NCBI GenBank assembly: GCA_037379345.1
Contig: CM074522.1
Span: 17,484,001 to 17,548,000, forward strand
From: Perna viridis
Taxonomy: Eukaryota
Length of the DNA stretch: 64,000 nt
Direction: 5' to 3'
Positions 36,604 through 49,376 of the stretch are shown one piece after another. The notes beneath the pieces are model-generated. The model did not search any database. It was not told the origin of the DNA and was given only the letters and a program-made list of their open reading frames with translations. Position 1 is the first letter of the stretch. Each line of letters opens with the position of its first letter. The position numbers and the translations under genes were made by a program.

Positions 36604-38452
36604 ATCTAGAAAAAAAAACTGTCAACCATGTGAAGAACTGGGCAAAATTACTGCAGCTTTTTACTGGTGTATGACGTGTCCAGACTTTATATGTGATGGA
36701 TGTCGTACAATGCACAAGACCTTACGAACAACGCGTAACCATGTCATATTAGAAATCGAAGAATATACAAAAGTTGGCATTTTTCTGACCAACTTTGACA
36801 CTATATGCCAAACTCATCCAGCTGAAATATCAAATTATTTTTGCTTTACTCATAACACCCCGTGTTGTTGTACTTGTAAGGACAAGAACCACCAATATGA
36901 ATGTAATATTCAGCATGAAAATGATATACATCTTCGGGAAGACCAGGGACAACCATTGCTTACAGCAGCCGATATGACCACCAAAAGTTTGATAGAAGTC
37001 AAAAAGACAATCGCTATGAATGAAGAGGCAACTTCAAAGTTACATTCTCAACGCGAATGTTTTGCAAAAGAACTTACCAAAGTCAGAGAAGAAGTTAACA
37101 AATTTCTCGACAGATTTGAAAAAGATGTGAACGAAAAGTTTGAATTTGTTTTTGCAAGTAAGCTTCAGTCTTTGAGCGACGAAAGGGCAAAAGCTGTTGA
37201 AAATCAACAACGCTTCAAATATAGAAAAGAAATGATAGATAAAATAATGCAATTAGATATTTCTAAGTTACAGAGTTTTCTCATAGGTAAAGACTTCCAC
37301 GAAGAACTTGTTTTAGAAGGACAGAATACATCTCAACGTATGAGCAATGAAAAATCATTAAAAGTAATACCTATGGTCAAAGTAAGTCCTGATCAAAAGA
37401 CCATTCATTTCACAGATGGGTTTGAGCTTATTAATACCTTTGGTAAAGATATACCTGAAAACGACGATGAGAATGGCTCATCCACAATAGATGAAGAAAG
37501 TAGTGTTGTTACAGAGCAAGCCCGCGACGATACCACTGAGCAAGTAGATGCAACTTGTTTTTCGGAAACTCCGTATGAACCTAATTTAAACGAAAATGAG
37601 CATAGTGACAACAACCAGCCAGCGCAAGAACATATAGTTAAAGAACCGGTCACTCAAAGTGGGATCGAATATGATAGCAGCACTGAGGGTACGATTAAAT
37701 ATCGTTTTATAACAAGATTTTTTGTTGAGCGCAAAAACAAAGACATAGACATAACTTCGATAGGGTTTATGAAGCCAGGTATAATTGTAATGAGTGAAAT
37801 CTCTGAAAATCGTATTCTATTTTATCATACGAATGGTTTTAAGGACGGGGAAATCAAATTGATAGAAGAGCCCGGAGAGCTTGCAATTGTTGAAGACCAT
37901 GGAGAAGTCGCAGTTGGCGTTTTGAAAAACATTTTTTTCTTGAATGCAAGCTATAAAAGCATAAGCAACATTGTGAAGTTGAAAGATTACATTAAAGGGG
38001 TAGCATATGCTAACACATTTGTTTTTGTGTGTTTGCAACACAGAGGCATAGTCAAAATTGATCATTCTGGCGTCCTAATACAGAAATTTCCTTTCATAAA
38101 GGGCGAACTTTTAATCTCTGTAACAATGGATGAAGTTCTCTATTCTGTCAAGATAAACTTCGATAGCGATGAATTGCACTCCTATGACTTTCGAAACAAC
38201 AAGAAAGTCATACACACGATGCATGCATTCGCCCATTTTGTGGGGATAGCATGTGACAACCAAGGCAAAGTTTATGTAGGCACAGATTACTCAAAAGTAG
38301 TCATGTTTGACAGTAAATCGGAGAAGTGTAAAATCGTTTTGACCGACGATGACGGAATCGACGGAATTCAAAGTGTTGCGTGTAGCGATGACGGTGAAAC
38401 CATCGTGGTCTGTGCTAAAAATGGACGACAAATCATACTGTTTGAGAAATAA
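36604..38452 (+). CDS. TRIM-like protein (two B-boxes, coiled coil, acidic linker, NHL-like beta-propeller); large terminal exon
   Basis: The 593-aa ORF 36671-38452 extends in frame upstream through CQPCEELGKITAAFYWC to a pyrimidine tract and TAG acceptor at 36601-36603. B-box1 CQPC..CMTC..CDGC..H..H; B-box2 CQTH..FCFTHNTPCCCTC..H; helical region; then propeller-type repeats (GIACDNQGKVYVG). The 5' exon was not identified. Confidence 0.85.
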
Positions 38453-40429
38453 CACTTCCTCATTCCCTCTTTCTATTTTGATTTAGAGTTTTGTTTGAAG
38501 TTATGATTAAGATATGCATGATCTATTTTAATCAAAAGTAAATAAGTTTCAATTTAATTTTATGTTGCTTTATTGCAGTAACTGTTATGAGTTATAAGGT
38601 GTCAAAGGGGCCACATCCGAAAAAATCGACATCTTAATTTGATGTCTGATTTCGAAAGTTTTTAATTGAATTTCAAATGTTGTGTTCTGTTGTGTCCTAA
38701 CCAGTTTTTGTCTCCATAACGAATTGTAAGCCACTATGCTTAAGTCAAAAACTAGTTGTGTGTCCACTCTTGTCCCAACTGTTCAGGGTTTGATCACTGT
38801 AGTCGTATCATGATACACTCGACGAAACTTTTCATTATTTCCATTTAGATTTTTTTAAATAATCAAGTACTGTTGTGAACTTGAGTAAGAATAAAAAAAA
38901 ACCTCGAGATTTGATTCACAAAAAAGTCTAGCGTTGCGTATAAAACAGAACATTTTTGCGAAACATTGCTGTGATCATCATTTACTATCATTTATATTTC
39001 GTGATTGGGCGTTTATTCAAAGTCCTAAGGTGGGCGTTAGACGGTGTTGTGACAAATACGAGGTCTATGTTTCTAAATAATAATCTACGGACACGTGTAG
39101 TCTTCCATTCAATAGTGACTATGTGAAGGGTAGCTAAATCCAATTCCTACCAAATTCTTAGTATTATCATTTGCATAAGCTCTTTTTGGACAGTTTTCAA
39201 TCTTAATGGTAACTAGTTATGAATGTTTTAGCACCTGCCAATAATGAGTACAAGTTAATTTCCAATTGCTCAGACTCTTGCATTAGATCACTGAGGTTAA
39301 CTAGCGCTCATATACCCAAGTAAATAAAACTTCAATATTTCTGTACAGTTTTAACTGTAGATGCCCTAATTCCTCAAATTCAGAAATAATTCTGTGGGGA
39401 ATCATTATGAAGCATTTAAGTTTTCTTGCAACTTTTACATATAACCCATTTCATGCCAAATTTATAGTTCTTATAAAGTTCATAATTTAAGGTTCTTGTA
39501 ATACATTTGTATACTCAAACAATTAAAACAATCTATAAAAAGAAACCCAAAGTAACTTGAATTTATATGAATTATATTTGACAAATTGTTAAAAAATTGA
39601 TGAAACAGCTTAATCAGTACTTGCAATGGAGTAGTAGTTTAATTCCTTAAATATAGTTTTAGAAATTTTCATAGTCTTTATAAATTTCTCGATTATCATG
39701 CGTGTAGATTGATTTTTTGTCATTATAATAACTACTACTTTCTCAGTAGGAATATAGACCGTGACAAGTGTATTCGTGAATGAGGAGGGGACCATACAGT
39801 ATAAAACTAATATAAAGTGTCACTGTGAATGCAGTATACTGGTATCTCAATATTAGGTTATAAAAAAGAAAATTATCTAAACGATCACCGTGAGCTTCAG
39901 CATAGTTTCAATTTCATTTTACACTAACAGATAGCCGTAGCAACATTTATTTCAATTTTAGAGTGCCTGCTTAAATTGCATAGTTCCGGAAGATTTTTCA
40001 GTTTTGCTCGGATGTTGGGAATATTTTTACATTACTTCTGAAGCTACTTGTAACAAAATTTTGTTTGAATGTCCCTTAAGGTATTTGTAATTATATGTCT
40101 GTAGGAAATTTTGGTTAGACAACACACACTGCCGTCATTGTCTACAATTGACCACAGGGGTAAACAAAGCGGAATTTTGCAAATGGCTAAAAAAACAGTT
40201 GGGTTTATTTTAAATCTGACAGGGAGTAAAATTTAGTTATTGGTCCTGAAATAGACATTTTCCAAAATCTTACATTTCTACACTTTATCCTCTGAAACTA
40301 CTCAATGGATTAGGACCTATCTTGTCTTCAATATTTCTTAGGGTGTCCTTAAACACTTGTGTGTGATGATTTTTGATCTGGCGAAAGAGCTTTTCCTAAA
40401 ATGTTCAGAGGGGTCAGATGGAAGATTTC

Positions 40430-40763
40430 TTTGGATCAGTATCCATCTGCGCTATGAAAATTTATTTGTTCAACGCGTCATAGTTTTCCTTTACTCTTTC
40501 GACTACCTCGGTCTTAACTTTTTTATGAGCAACTCGGCTGGTGTTCCTAGAAAAGCAGAGGACGCTTACCCTACCGGTGCACCTGGTCCATGCTCCCAGT
40601 TTTTAGTGGAGTCCGAATTGCTCATTTGCTTTTGTTACTTTGTATGTATGATTTTAGTTACTTTATGTTCTTTGTTGTATATGTCTGTTTTCCATATCTG
40701 GTCTTTGTCCCTGAATTACATTCTTTTGAGTACCGCTATAACCTTGGTTCCCTTGATTATTCT
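40430..40763 (+). mobile_element. PLE family A 3' fragment
   Basis: End of the RT coding region (gtatccatc...ttcaacgcgtcatag) followed by the complete 3' UTR. Confidence 0.87.
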
Positions 40764-41039
40764 TTAAATAACATGAACATCAATGTGTTCAGCTAAGGTC
40801 TGTTATAGTTATTTTCATAAAGGTTTGTTGATCGATATTAGAGTTATTGCCCTTGGAGATTCTTACGACAATAGTATAGTATCCATTTTGAAGTGTGACT
40901 TCATGAGTTACCTGTTGAGGGGTCTCAGATTTAACACCGGTCCAATTTGCCATTTTTCTTCGGTACCAGAAAAAAATGTACTGTAAATTAAATACCTGAC
41001 TACTGACTACTGAAAGCATTTGATCTTTTGGCAACAGCT

Positions 41040-42350
41040 GTATTGTGTCTTTTTTCTATCCAAGAATTTACTTCTTGAAGAAAGATATTTATTAATTATT
41101 TTTTTTGAGAAACCGACGTTTGTTTTATTCCTTGCCAATTGGGTTTCTGTATGAAATCTAGTTTGTAACCCTATTCTACAATTGATAAAACCCATTGATC
41201 GTTTGATTCATTTTTTGCTTATTTTCTAGGAAAAATCTGATGGTTCCCTCTACAAGTATCTCTGCCTGCCTCTGATATAAAATTGCATGTCAACTAGATT
41301 TCTGTTTGGGAAGACCCTGTACTGCTAATACCACTTTTGCTATCTTAGAGTCTCTTGTCCTTCATATTCTCTTTTCAAAACGTTACAAACTTAAAAAAGT
41401 TCTTTCTTGACTTCGTATGTCGAGGTAAAATACTGAAATTAGAACCACTTCCTTGATTTCCTGAATATTTAGGATTTTTATTAGACTAAACTTAACGACT
41501 GTCATATTCTTATTTAGGTTTGTTAGAATTGTCAGAAACTACTGAAGTAGAAGAAAATTCAGGAAGCCAATCTTGTAATTGATCATTTTGGTTCCTTACG
41601 TTTTTCTAAGGTCTCTTCTAAAGCCTTACCAAAAACACCCTTTTCTGTGAGAAGCAAATATAAGACTTTGAGCTGAAATCTTAAAGGGTTTTATTGACAC
41701 CTGCATCAGCTGCGGCACATTTCCATCTCACTATGTAATGGAACGCTCTTGCACGACCCATTTGATCAGGTGACATTTGAAATTGAAAATGAGTCATTAA
41801 CTAACAGACGCCATTGTCATACTCTTAGTTATTCAACAGTATCCCTAAAATGCTGTAAATAAAAACATGTATTAAGACCCATTCTGCTAGTTACTTGACC
41901 AGAAAAACAACTGTTTAAAAGGATCAGAAAATAATTGCTTTCCATTACACAAATTTTAATCCATTTCGGATGTAAATTTCTTATAGCTTTATCGTCAAGT
42001 CCTTGAACTTGCAACTCTGATAAAACTTATTATGCTCAGGAAAATTCTGTCTATATTCTTCTATAAAAGAAGTAAACTATCTAGGATTATCAATTCTCCA
42101 TGATCTAGTTTGTTCTTTGTGAATCTTCAATCACAATTATCAGTGGGAATTTAATCTTTGAAAATCTTGGATAGTGTATCATTGCCACCTTTACTAACTA
42201 CATTGTTATTAGGTGATAATCGTTGAAACCTATCAGACTTGTTACTAGAATGAATTAACAAATTGCTTCGGGCTAACTGTACTCATGAAATCATTTGTAC
42301 AACTGTCATTGTTTGACATCTAACCCAGTGCATCAGCTCTCTCACGATTA
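41040..42350 (-). mobile_element. DIRS-like (tyrosine-recombinase) retrotransposon remnant: gag-like region and RT N-terminus
   Basis: Minus strand ~41200-41141 reads DQWVLSIVE*GYKLDFIQKP, preceded by VEGTIRFFLEN and followed by QEVNS. This matches the DIRS RT start pattern VGGRLxxF..W...WVLxxIxxGYxLxF..P..EV. An upstream gag-like piece reads DQMGRARAFHYIVR (~41767-41726). Boundaries are approximate. Confidence 0.55.
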
Positions 42351-43449
42351 TCAGACTGCAAAGGAAAAATAGAGTGTTCACCAGCGTCTCTGACTCTAGT
42401 TCTAGGGCTGCCCAATTCTTCCGCTTTGGGACCAATGTTAAAATAGATGTACGTTGCTTGCTCGAAACGTCTTCCCTTACTTTATTTTCCTACGTGGCTA
42501 AACCACCAGTTTGATAAATTGAAGTTTCCGTAGAATTAGAGGCTTAAAAAGGTCGAAAAGTTGGTCAAAACGATTTTTAACGATTTTCCGTATTCTGCTG
42601 TCTCCGACCAGCGTTTCATTTTAGATTTTTACTATCAGACGTCGACTAAGTTATCGACATTTTGGTCTCTGGTCTGTAGCTAGAATCATTATCGTGAAGA
42701 GTTTTTATATCCGAAAGACGTTTTAACAGTTCAGTCATGCTTCAAGCCAATAAGATAAACATGTAAATGTCGGACTCGTACCGAGAACGTCACAAAGACC
42801 CACATGAAAAACATGCACTGTTTTAGGTTACAGACCACCAATTCAACCAATGAGCATTTAGAACGTACGCAAAAATAGTCCTACGCAGAAATTACCCCTG
42901 TTCCTCATAGTGCTGTGAAAAAAGTTCTCATCTTATTTAAAAAATTTAAACAGTTTCTGAAAGGAAAAACATTTCTGTACATTTTATAGGTGCATTTTGC
43001 TTCTTGTGATGTGAAGCCTAATCTCCATAATGATTTTTAAATATACCCCTATCTTGTGTAAACACTGGGATTTCCCATGCTATTTATAGACCCTTCACTT
43101 CCGGTGGCCAGTAGTGCACTGCAAGTCTGCTAACCCCACATGCCATTCTGAGGATTGTGAGCTGACATATGTAGAATCATGCTGATATATAGTCCTCTGT
43201 TAAAGTTAAGGTAAAGTCCAGAGAAGCCATTGAATATTGTGAAATTAGCATAGAAGCCTATGGAAAGTGGAATTAGTGGTTTTTAGCCTTTATACCCGCC
43301 GAAGAATAAACTGAAGCATGTGTGCACGCAAATAATCGAGGTCTTTAAGGTGTTTAGTCTTAATCATCTGTGTGTTTGCGAGTTATGGACTAATTAAAGG
43401 GGAATAATCCATACTGTATAAATGAGAAGTATTAATATTTGAAATAAAA

Positions 43450-44880
43450 CCCATTTCGCCATGGTCAAGTCTACTGGTACTTTTTTTGTAGAGAAATGGC
43501 AAAGTGTGTAGATTACCGGCGCTTTAACTATTTAAGTAAGAAGGCTGCATTTCCAGTTCAAAGAATTCAGGAGTTCCTCCATGCTGTCCATGATTGCTCT
43601 TATTTCATTACATTCGACTTGACAAGTGGGTTCCCTCAGATCCCATTAAAACCAGATGATATACTAAAGACAGCGTTCGTAACCAAATATGATTTGTTAT
43701 ATCAAACATTGCTTATGGGCCTTTCTAATGAACCACCAACCTGTCAACGTTTGCTGATGTTATTGTTGTGTGGACACTAATGGTAGTCTTGCCTTTTGTA
43801 CTTAGATGGTGTTATTGTCTATGGTAAGAATTTCCAAGAACACATCAAGCAACCTAAAAAAAAGTACTCGACAGAATAAAAGATGCAGGCCTGAAACTAA
43901 AACCTGAAAAGTGTAAAGTCTTGTGGTCTGAGGTCACATTCTAAGGATATGTTGTTTGTGAAGACGGCAATTTACCTGACCTTAAACATATTGCTAAGAT
44001 TTTAGCATGGCAAATCCCTACAACTGTTACAGAAGTCAGACAAATATTGGGTTTGGGTATTTACTATAAACGTTCTATAATACATAATTTTGGACTTGTT
44101 AAACCTTTGACAGACTTTACAAAAAAGACGACCGACTTTATATGGACTGAAAAATGTGAAAAAAGCTACAGATGCATGTAATGTTTTTAATTGTGCTGAG
44201 AATCCCAGAGAAAGTGACTGCTGTGAGACCGATAATCTAGGGTGTTTGAAGTGTGATCCCTGTCAGAAGTTACAGAAGCGAGCAACAGAGACAGTTAGCA
44301 TTTGGCAAAATAATCAGAAGTTTTTATGACCAGATCTAAAAAAAACAAGATTCATGGTCGCGTTGGAATGCTTGGTACTCTACAAGTGCATAACTCCGTT
44401 GTATCTGGCCATGCATCTAGGTAAAAAGAAAACAACTGGAAAAATCCAGTAGCGGTTTTATTGGTTTGAGATAAGAGAAGATATAAGACTGTGCATTGCC
44501 AATTGCCAGACATGTTTTGCTGTCAAATTGCTATATAGAGCTGCAAAAGGTTCTCTTGACACTATACCAAATGGTGCTCCTTGGGATCAGTTAGCCACAG
44601 ACATACTTGGTTTACTTCCCGTAACCTCTAGGGGAAACAGATACATTCTCACCGTTACCGATTACTTCAGTAAATGGATGGAAACAATTGTCATTCCCGA
44701 TCAGACAGAATCCATGCATGCCAGTAAGATCTTAAATGAAGTGATTTGTAGTTATGGCTGCCCTTTAGCCATCCATTCTGGTCAGGACAGGACAATGAGA
44801 GTGACTTCTTCAAGGCATTTTGCAAATTGCTGGAGATATGAAAGACTAGGATTAGCCCAAGAAATCCAAAAGGAAATTAC
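43450..44880 (+). mobile_element. Degenerate Ty3/Gypsy LTR retrotransposon pol fragment (RT and integrase; RNase H region largely deleted)
   Basis: RT: SPW..CVDYRRFN..FPV.RI..FDLTSGF.QI..KTAF..MGLSN.P.T.QR, YLDGVIVY, GLKLKPEKC. Integrase: PWDQLATDILG.LP..SRGNRYILTVTDYFSKW..G.P..IHS.Q. RT precedes IN, the Gypsy order. Many stops. Confidence 0.88.
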
Positions 44881-46107
44881 CATTTTATTATTGCTTCTTA
44901 TGATATTATTACTTTAATAATTTTAGAACACGGAATCATGACGTCATATATCGTCTGACGTATTCTGTCAGCGTCCACGGGCTGTTGTTAAAGATGCATT
45001 AGCTGCCAGATTTGTTCAGTTCTGACTCTATTGAATTTTGCTTATTCAAAGAAATAAGTTTGTAAGAATGTAACTGAAGCAATACATGTCGATAACATCT
45101 ACAGATTATTGTAAAAACAACGCTTTTTTAATAAAAGAATATCGAAAGCTCTGATCTAATTATTTTCTGCCATTACTTCCGAAGATTGCCAACAGGACAT
45201 TCAATTGGGTTAAAAATATTTTAACCTTGGTGAAAAAATAACAATAACGGATACACAGGTACGCACGTGTCTTGTTTACATTTCATTTCACCTATTTCTT
45301 GATTAGTTTTCGAATAAATAATGACAATTATTGACCATATTTGTGCCACATTGTATCACAATACGTAAATTTCAAATGGATTCTAGCGTTATATTCAAAC
45401 TTTTTTTTCTTTTACGGCTTGAGTCCGTCGGTCTTCCTTGCCTTTGATTAACCACTTTCGCTTTGCAATCAGTTTTTTTTTAAGAAGTGACCCTTACAGC
45501 ACAATTGGGCGGATTATGGTCACCAGACGACATATGCATACGAATTTATCCCGGTCGATTTTTTTTGTTTTGCAAGACAATAAATATAAAGACACCTACT
45601 TCATGTATTTAATGCACTTTATTTGTGGATATCAAGTGAAATTATACATGTAAAGTGCAATTTAGTAGACATAATTGAAAGTTAAGGCATATTTCAGCAG
45701 AAACAAAAATTTACGAAAATGACAGCTAATGCAGCTTTAAATATCATTTAAAAATCTTCTCATCCGGCACCAATTAATGATTGTAAACATTTGTGGAGAT
45801 AGACACTCATTTAAAAATGTGTCAATATGCTGATTAAGTCTTAAACGTGGCCAACTATGTAATTTGTTGTAATCAAACGTCATTTGTCAAGAAGTTATTA
45901 ACTGCACATACGTACTTTATTTAAATGTTTAAATGGCGCTGGTGTTATATGATGCAAATGAATTAGAATTGAAAACTGTAGTTGGACTATCAGGTATGTG
46001 TCTATGTTTTGCTTTTCTATATGTTGTAGAGTTCAAAAGGATTTAGTAATAAATCTCAGTCTATTTCTTTTATTGCTACAAGTCCATTGTTTAGGACATG
46101 ATTTACA

Positions 46108-46110
<3 letters not shown>

Positions 46111-46158
<48 letters not shown>

Positions 46159-46331
46159 ACGTCTCAGAATGTGACGACTGTATTCGCTACACTGCTCCAT
46201 CGGATCAATTTGATACAGGGAAGATAACGTAAACTTATAGAAGGGTCTAAAAATTTCCCAACGATGTTAGAACTGTCAATTTTGCGAAGCACATTTTTTT
46301 CGTTTTTTCAGCGGGTCTCGAACTCGTACCT
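46111..46331 (-). mobile_element. SINE family S body and 3' end, abutting a (TA)n microsatellite
   Basis: The reverse complement runs from the B box (gtacgagttcgaga) to ...cacattctgagacgttgta, then (TA)n at 46111-46156. Confidence 0.75.
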
Positions 46332-47539
46332 TTTCAGTATTGAATATTTGCACCTTTTTTAGATTTTGACCTGAAGTTTTATTTTAGGTTTCTTAAAATC
46401 AAACATTCTCTGACGTGATGTGCCCATCTCTTATATGTAACTCATTCTTTATAACTGAATGGGTTCTAATGAAACTTTCACAACACTTTTATTACATACA
46501 ATATCTTTTTAGACTTTGATCCAAATCAATGTGGAGATAAAAAAATGCAAGTTTTGGGAATGGAAAGTTCAATTTTGTGAGCATTGCTAACAATGTTTCT
46601 TGTTGTTATTTGTATCAAAAGGCTTGTTATCTAACAAAGATGACGATTTACTGTTTTCCATACATAAAAAAACGTATTGTGGTTCATGATTCTTAGGTCG
46701 TCTAATATAGTTGGTTATTTAATCAAAACGTGAAAAACAATTATATTTTTATTATATTTAATTCATTGTAGATTCTGTAGTGTTTGATTATATTTAATTG
46801 CAAAGAATACACAAAAAGAAATCCCGGGCATCGTATCTACTGCGATATGGTGACCGACGGAGGCGGTTGGACAGTAGGCTTTATTATTTGATTTTATTTA
46901 ACGACCAATTGTCGATTTCACAAAATATATCAAATATTGTAAAATCAGTCAATAATTATGACGTCACAATGTTCTTAATGTTATCGTTACTTTCGACTGA
47001 TAAAAAAATGGGCATAAATATATTTCTCGAAAATAAATCCTGACACCAAATAAAAAAGAGATTTTGATCATGTGACCAAATGATTAAATAATGTTATACA
47101 ATTACTTGAATATGTCCCGAAGTCCAGAATAATTTCTTAAGTACGGCATTACACAAGTTCCAATCATATGCGTTTATCAAAAATCTAAAATCATTCGTAT
47201 TACTCCTTCAAAAATCGATGTTTATTAGAAGAATTGAAGAAATTCACACAGTGTTATTACGTTGTTTAACGTCAAATTGAGGAGAATGTACCTTTAATGG
47301 AAGGTATCAAATTCCCGTCGTGACACGGACACATAAACAGGATATTTTGAATTTGTAATGACATATGGTGAAGCTTCCATCGAAACCGGGAGATTCATAT
47401 CTATGCACTTAACATGTTTATGAAACTATCACATAAATGACTTCGTTTTTAGATATTAAAGATTTACTCGTTTACTCAATCGCAATAATTCTTATGACTG
47501 GTAATATCATAAACATGTTTTTTTCTAAAGCATTTGCAG

Positions 47540-48486
47540 GTTTTCCAGCGCCGATTTAATGGTACTGTCAATTTCGTTAATAGGGTCTGGAAGGATTATT
47601 CCAATGGTTTTGGAAGTCTTTTAAATGAGTATTGGTTGGGTCAGTAAAATACAATAACGTTAACCGTTAACTGAGTATGAGTTTCTTTCCTCCATACTCG
47701 AACGTGATTGCACCTAGTCAGAAAAAAAAATGATTGCTAGACATAATCATTGTAACATGAGTAAACATAAGGTAGCACTAAAAAGCAAGGTTACTACTGA
47801 AAATTGAATTTCACTTCAATACGTAGTCAAATAATAAATTAATATACAGTATAGAAGTAGATCTTTAAGTATCGACTGATATCATTCAAATGAATCCATT
47901 TTAGAGCCGTATGGAATTCTGGAATTGCTATTGTCCATGACGTCCCTGATGGTCGAGACGTATTTTACGAGTTCGCTGCGACGGCGCAACTTTGTATACG
48001 AGGACGGAAGTTTAATTTCTCAATTGGTCTATTATGACAAGATTTGCCTGATTTCATTCTGTTGAGGAAGAAAAAAAACTATGATACTTAAATATTTTGC
48101 ATGTGTAACGAGAAAGCATGAAGTCACTCACAAAATTATACCAACGCATGAAGTCGCTCAGTGAATCAATTCGACCAGTTAACATGATTGAATTTTTAGC
48201 TACATAAGTAACATAACGTTGGCCGCCCTAAGTCAGAGGGAGTACATTCTTTACACACTCAATTTGGTGCTAGATCCCTTTGAAAATCAACTATTTCCTA
48301 TTGTAGGCACCCTTAACTCATCAAATATATGATGATGATTTGACATCACGTGGTCGATATGAACTACGAATCGAGCTCACTGACTGGGAAAATAAACACG
48401 CATATGCTGTCTACAAATTGTTTATGATTGGCACCGCTGTTTCAGAGTATACTTTACATATTGGAAATTACTCCATGGAATGATGG
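47540..48486 (+). pseudogene. Fibrinogen-related domain (FReD, ficolin/tenascin-like) gene remnant
   Basis: Exon 47540-47639 (AG/GT) reads [34 protein letters not shown]. The next exon, from 48307, contains LTSRGRYELRIELTDWENKHAYAVYKLFMIG..EYTLHIGNYS but is out of phase with the acceptor and ends in a stop. Confidence 0.8.
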
Positions 48487-48731
48487 TTAGCTTTGCTCAA
48501 AATTATTGCACATTCAAAATGAACTATTGTTTAAAATAAAAGGTATGATGCGAATGGAAGGAAAGAAAACATGATCCTTGTTGAAAAAAAAATTCGCAGG
48601 TTAGGCTAGAGTAATAAAATAAGAAGTCAACAGAAATAATAACGCAAATCGTTGCTTCCTTTCTTGCTATGATACCTTTGTAATGAATTAGTTCTTATTT
48701 TATTATTCAGTTAGTAGTGTACCCGTCTAAA

Positions 48732-49164
48732 ATGCATGCACAGGGGTAAATGGGCTATGTACAGGTTATGCATAGGTTATATTATGGTCTTTTATTTTAT
48801 TTACGACCCTAACCTGAAATCAATGGTCCAGCCTGCTTTGATATTCCACTAAAATGGAATCCAGAGAATTAATTTATCAATTAAAGTCCTCAAAGTATTC
48901 TAAGAAACGGAATTCACATTTCTTATAGAAAAAGATTACCTCAATCAAACCATTTTTTCAAACACAACTTGAAAGTTAATAAATTTGTCTTATTCAGACG
49001 ATTGATCTCCGTCTAAATGTTAATCCCTTTTAAATCGGTAATCATTTAACACCAAAGACCACTAAAACATGCTAGGCTAGATTGGTTTCTCTTTCATATA
49101 CCAAGGTTAACCATAGTATAACCTATAATAAACCTATACATAGCCTATTTACCCTCCATGCATG
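48732..49164. mobile_element. MITE with ~55-bp imperfect terminal inverted repeats
   Basis: 48732-48788 (tgcatgcacaggggtaaatgggctatgtacaggttat...) matches the reverse complement of 49110-49164. Confidence 0.7.
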
Positions 49165-49270
49165 AGCCGATAATTGAAATTTTCATGACATTTTAGAAAG
49201 GTACACTACTCCCCATGAATTACTGATTATTACGCAGATATCACAACAGGTAAAGTAAACATATTTTAAC

Positions 49271-49376
49271 GACCGAGCTGGCCGAGTGGTCTAAGGCGCT
49301 GAACTTTGTGCAGGCGGTGTTGCCAAAGATTTCACAGCGGTACGAGTTCGAGTCCCTCGGAGGGAACGACAAAAAA
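49271..49376 (+). mobile_element. tRNA-derived SINE head (family S)
   Basis: A box TGGCCGAGTGG, B box GAGTTCGAGTCC (49344-49355) and CCGAG/CTCGG acceptor-like pairing. The anticodon/variable region is not canonical, and homologous decayed copies occur elsewhere in the window. Confidence 0.75.

Noticed and set aside
40525-40625. Hammerhead, HDV or SECIS assignment for the family A fold
   Set aside because: No CUGANGA/GAAA core and no catalytic-C J4/2 strand after the last hairpin. The AUGA is Watson-Crick paired rather than forming a GA/GA quartet.
40357-40796. Recurrent ORFs of the type AEDAYPTGAPGPCSQF...LVPLIT (also at 5.4, 13.0, 18.5 and 61.9 kb)
   Set aside because: They are translations of the PLE family A 3' UTR, downstream of the RT stop; frames differ among copies.
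49271-49367. Functional tRNA-Leu/Ser gene
   Set aside because: The A and B boxes are good, but the anticodon arm and T stem do not pair canonically, and decayed copies with a shared body show it is a SINE head.
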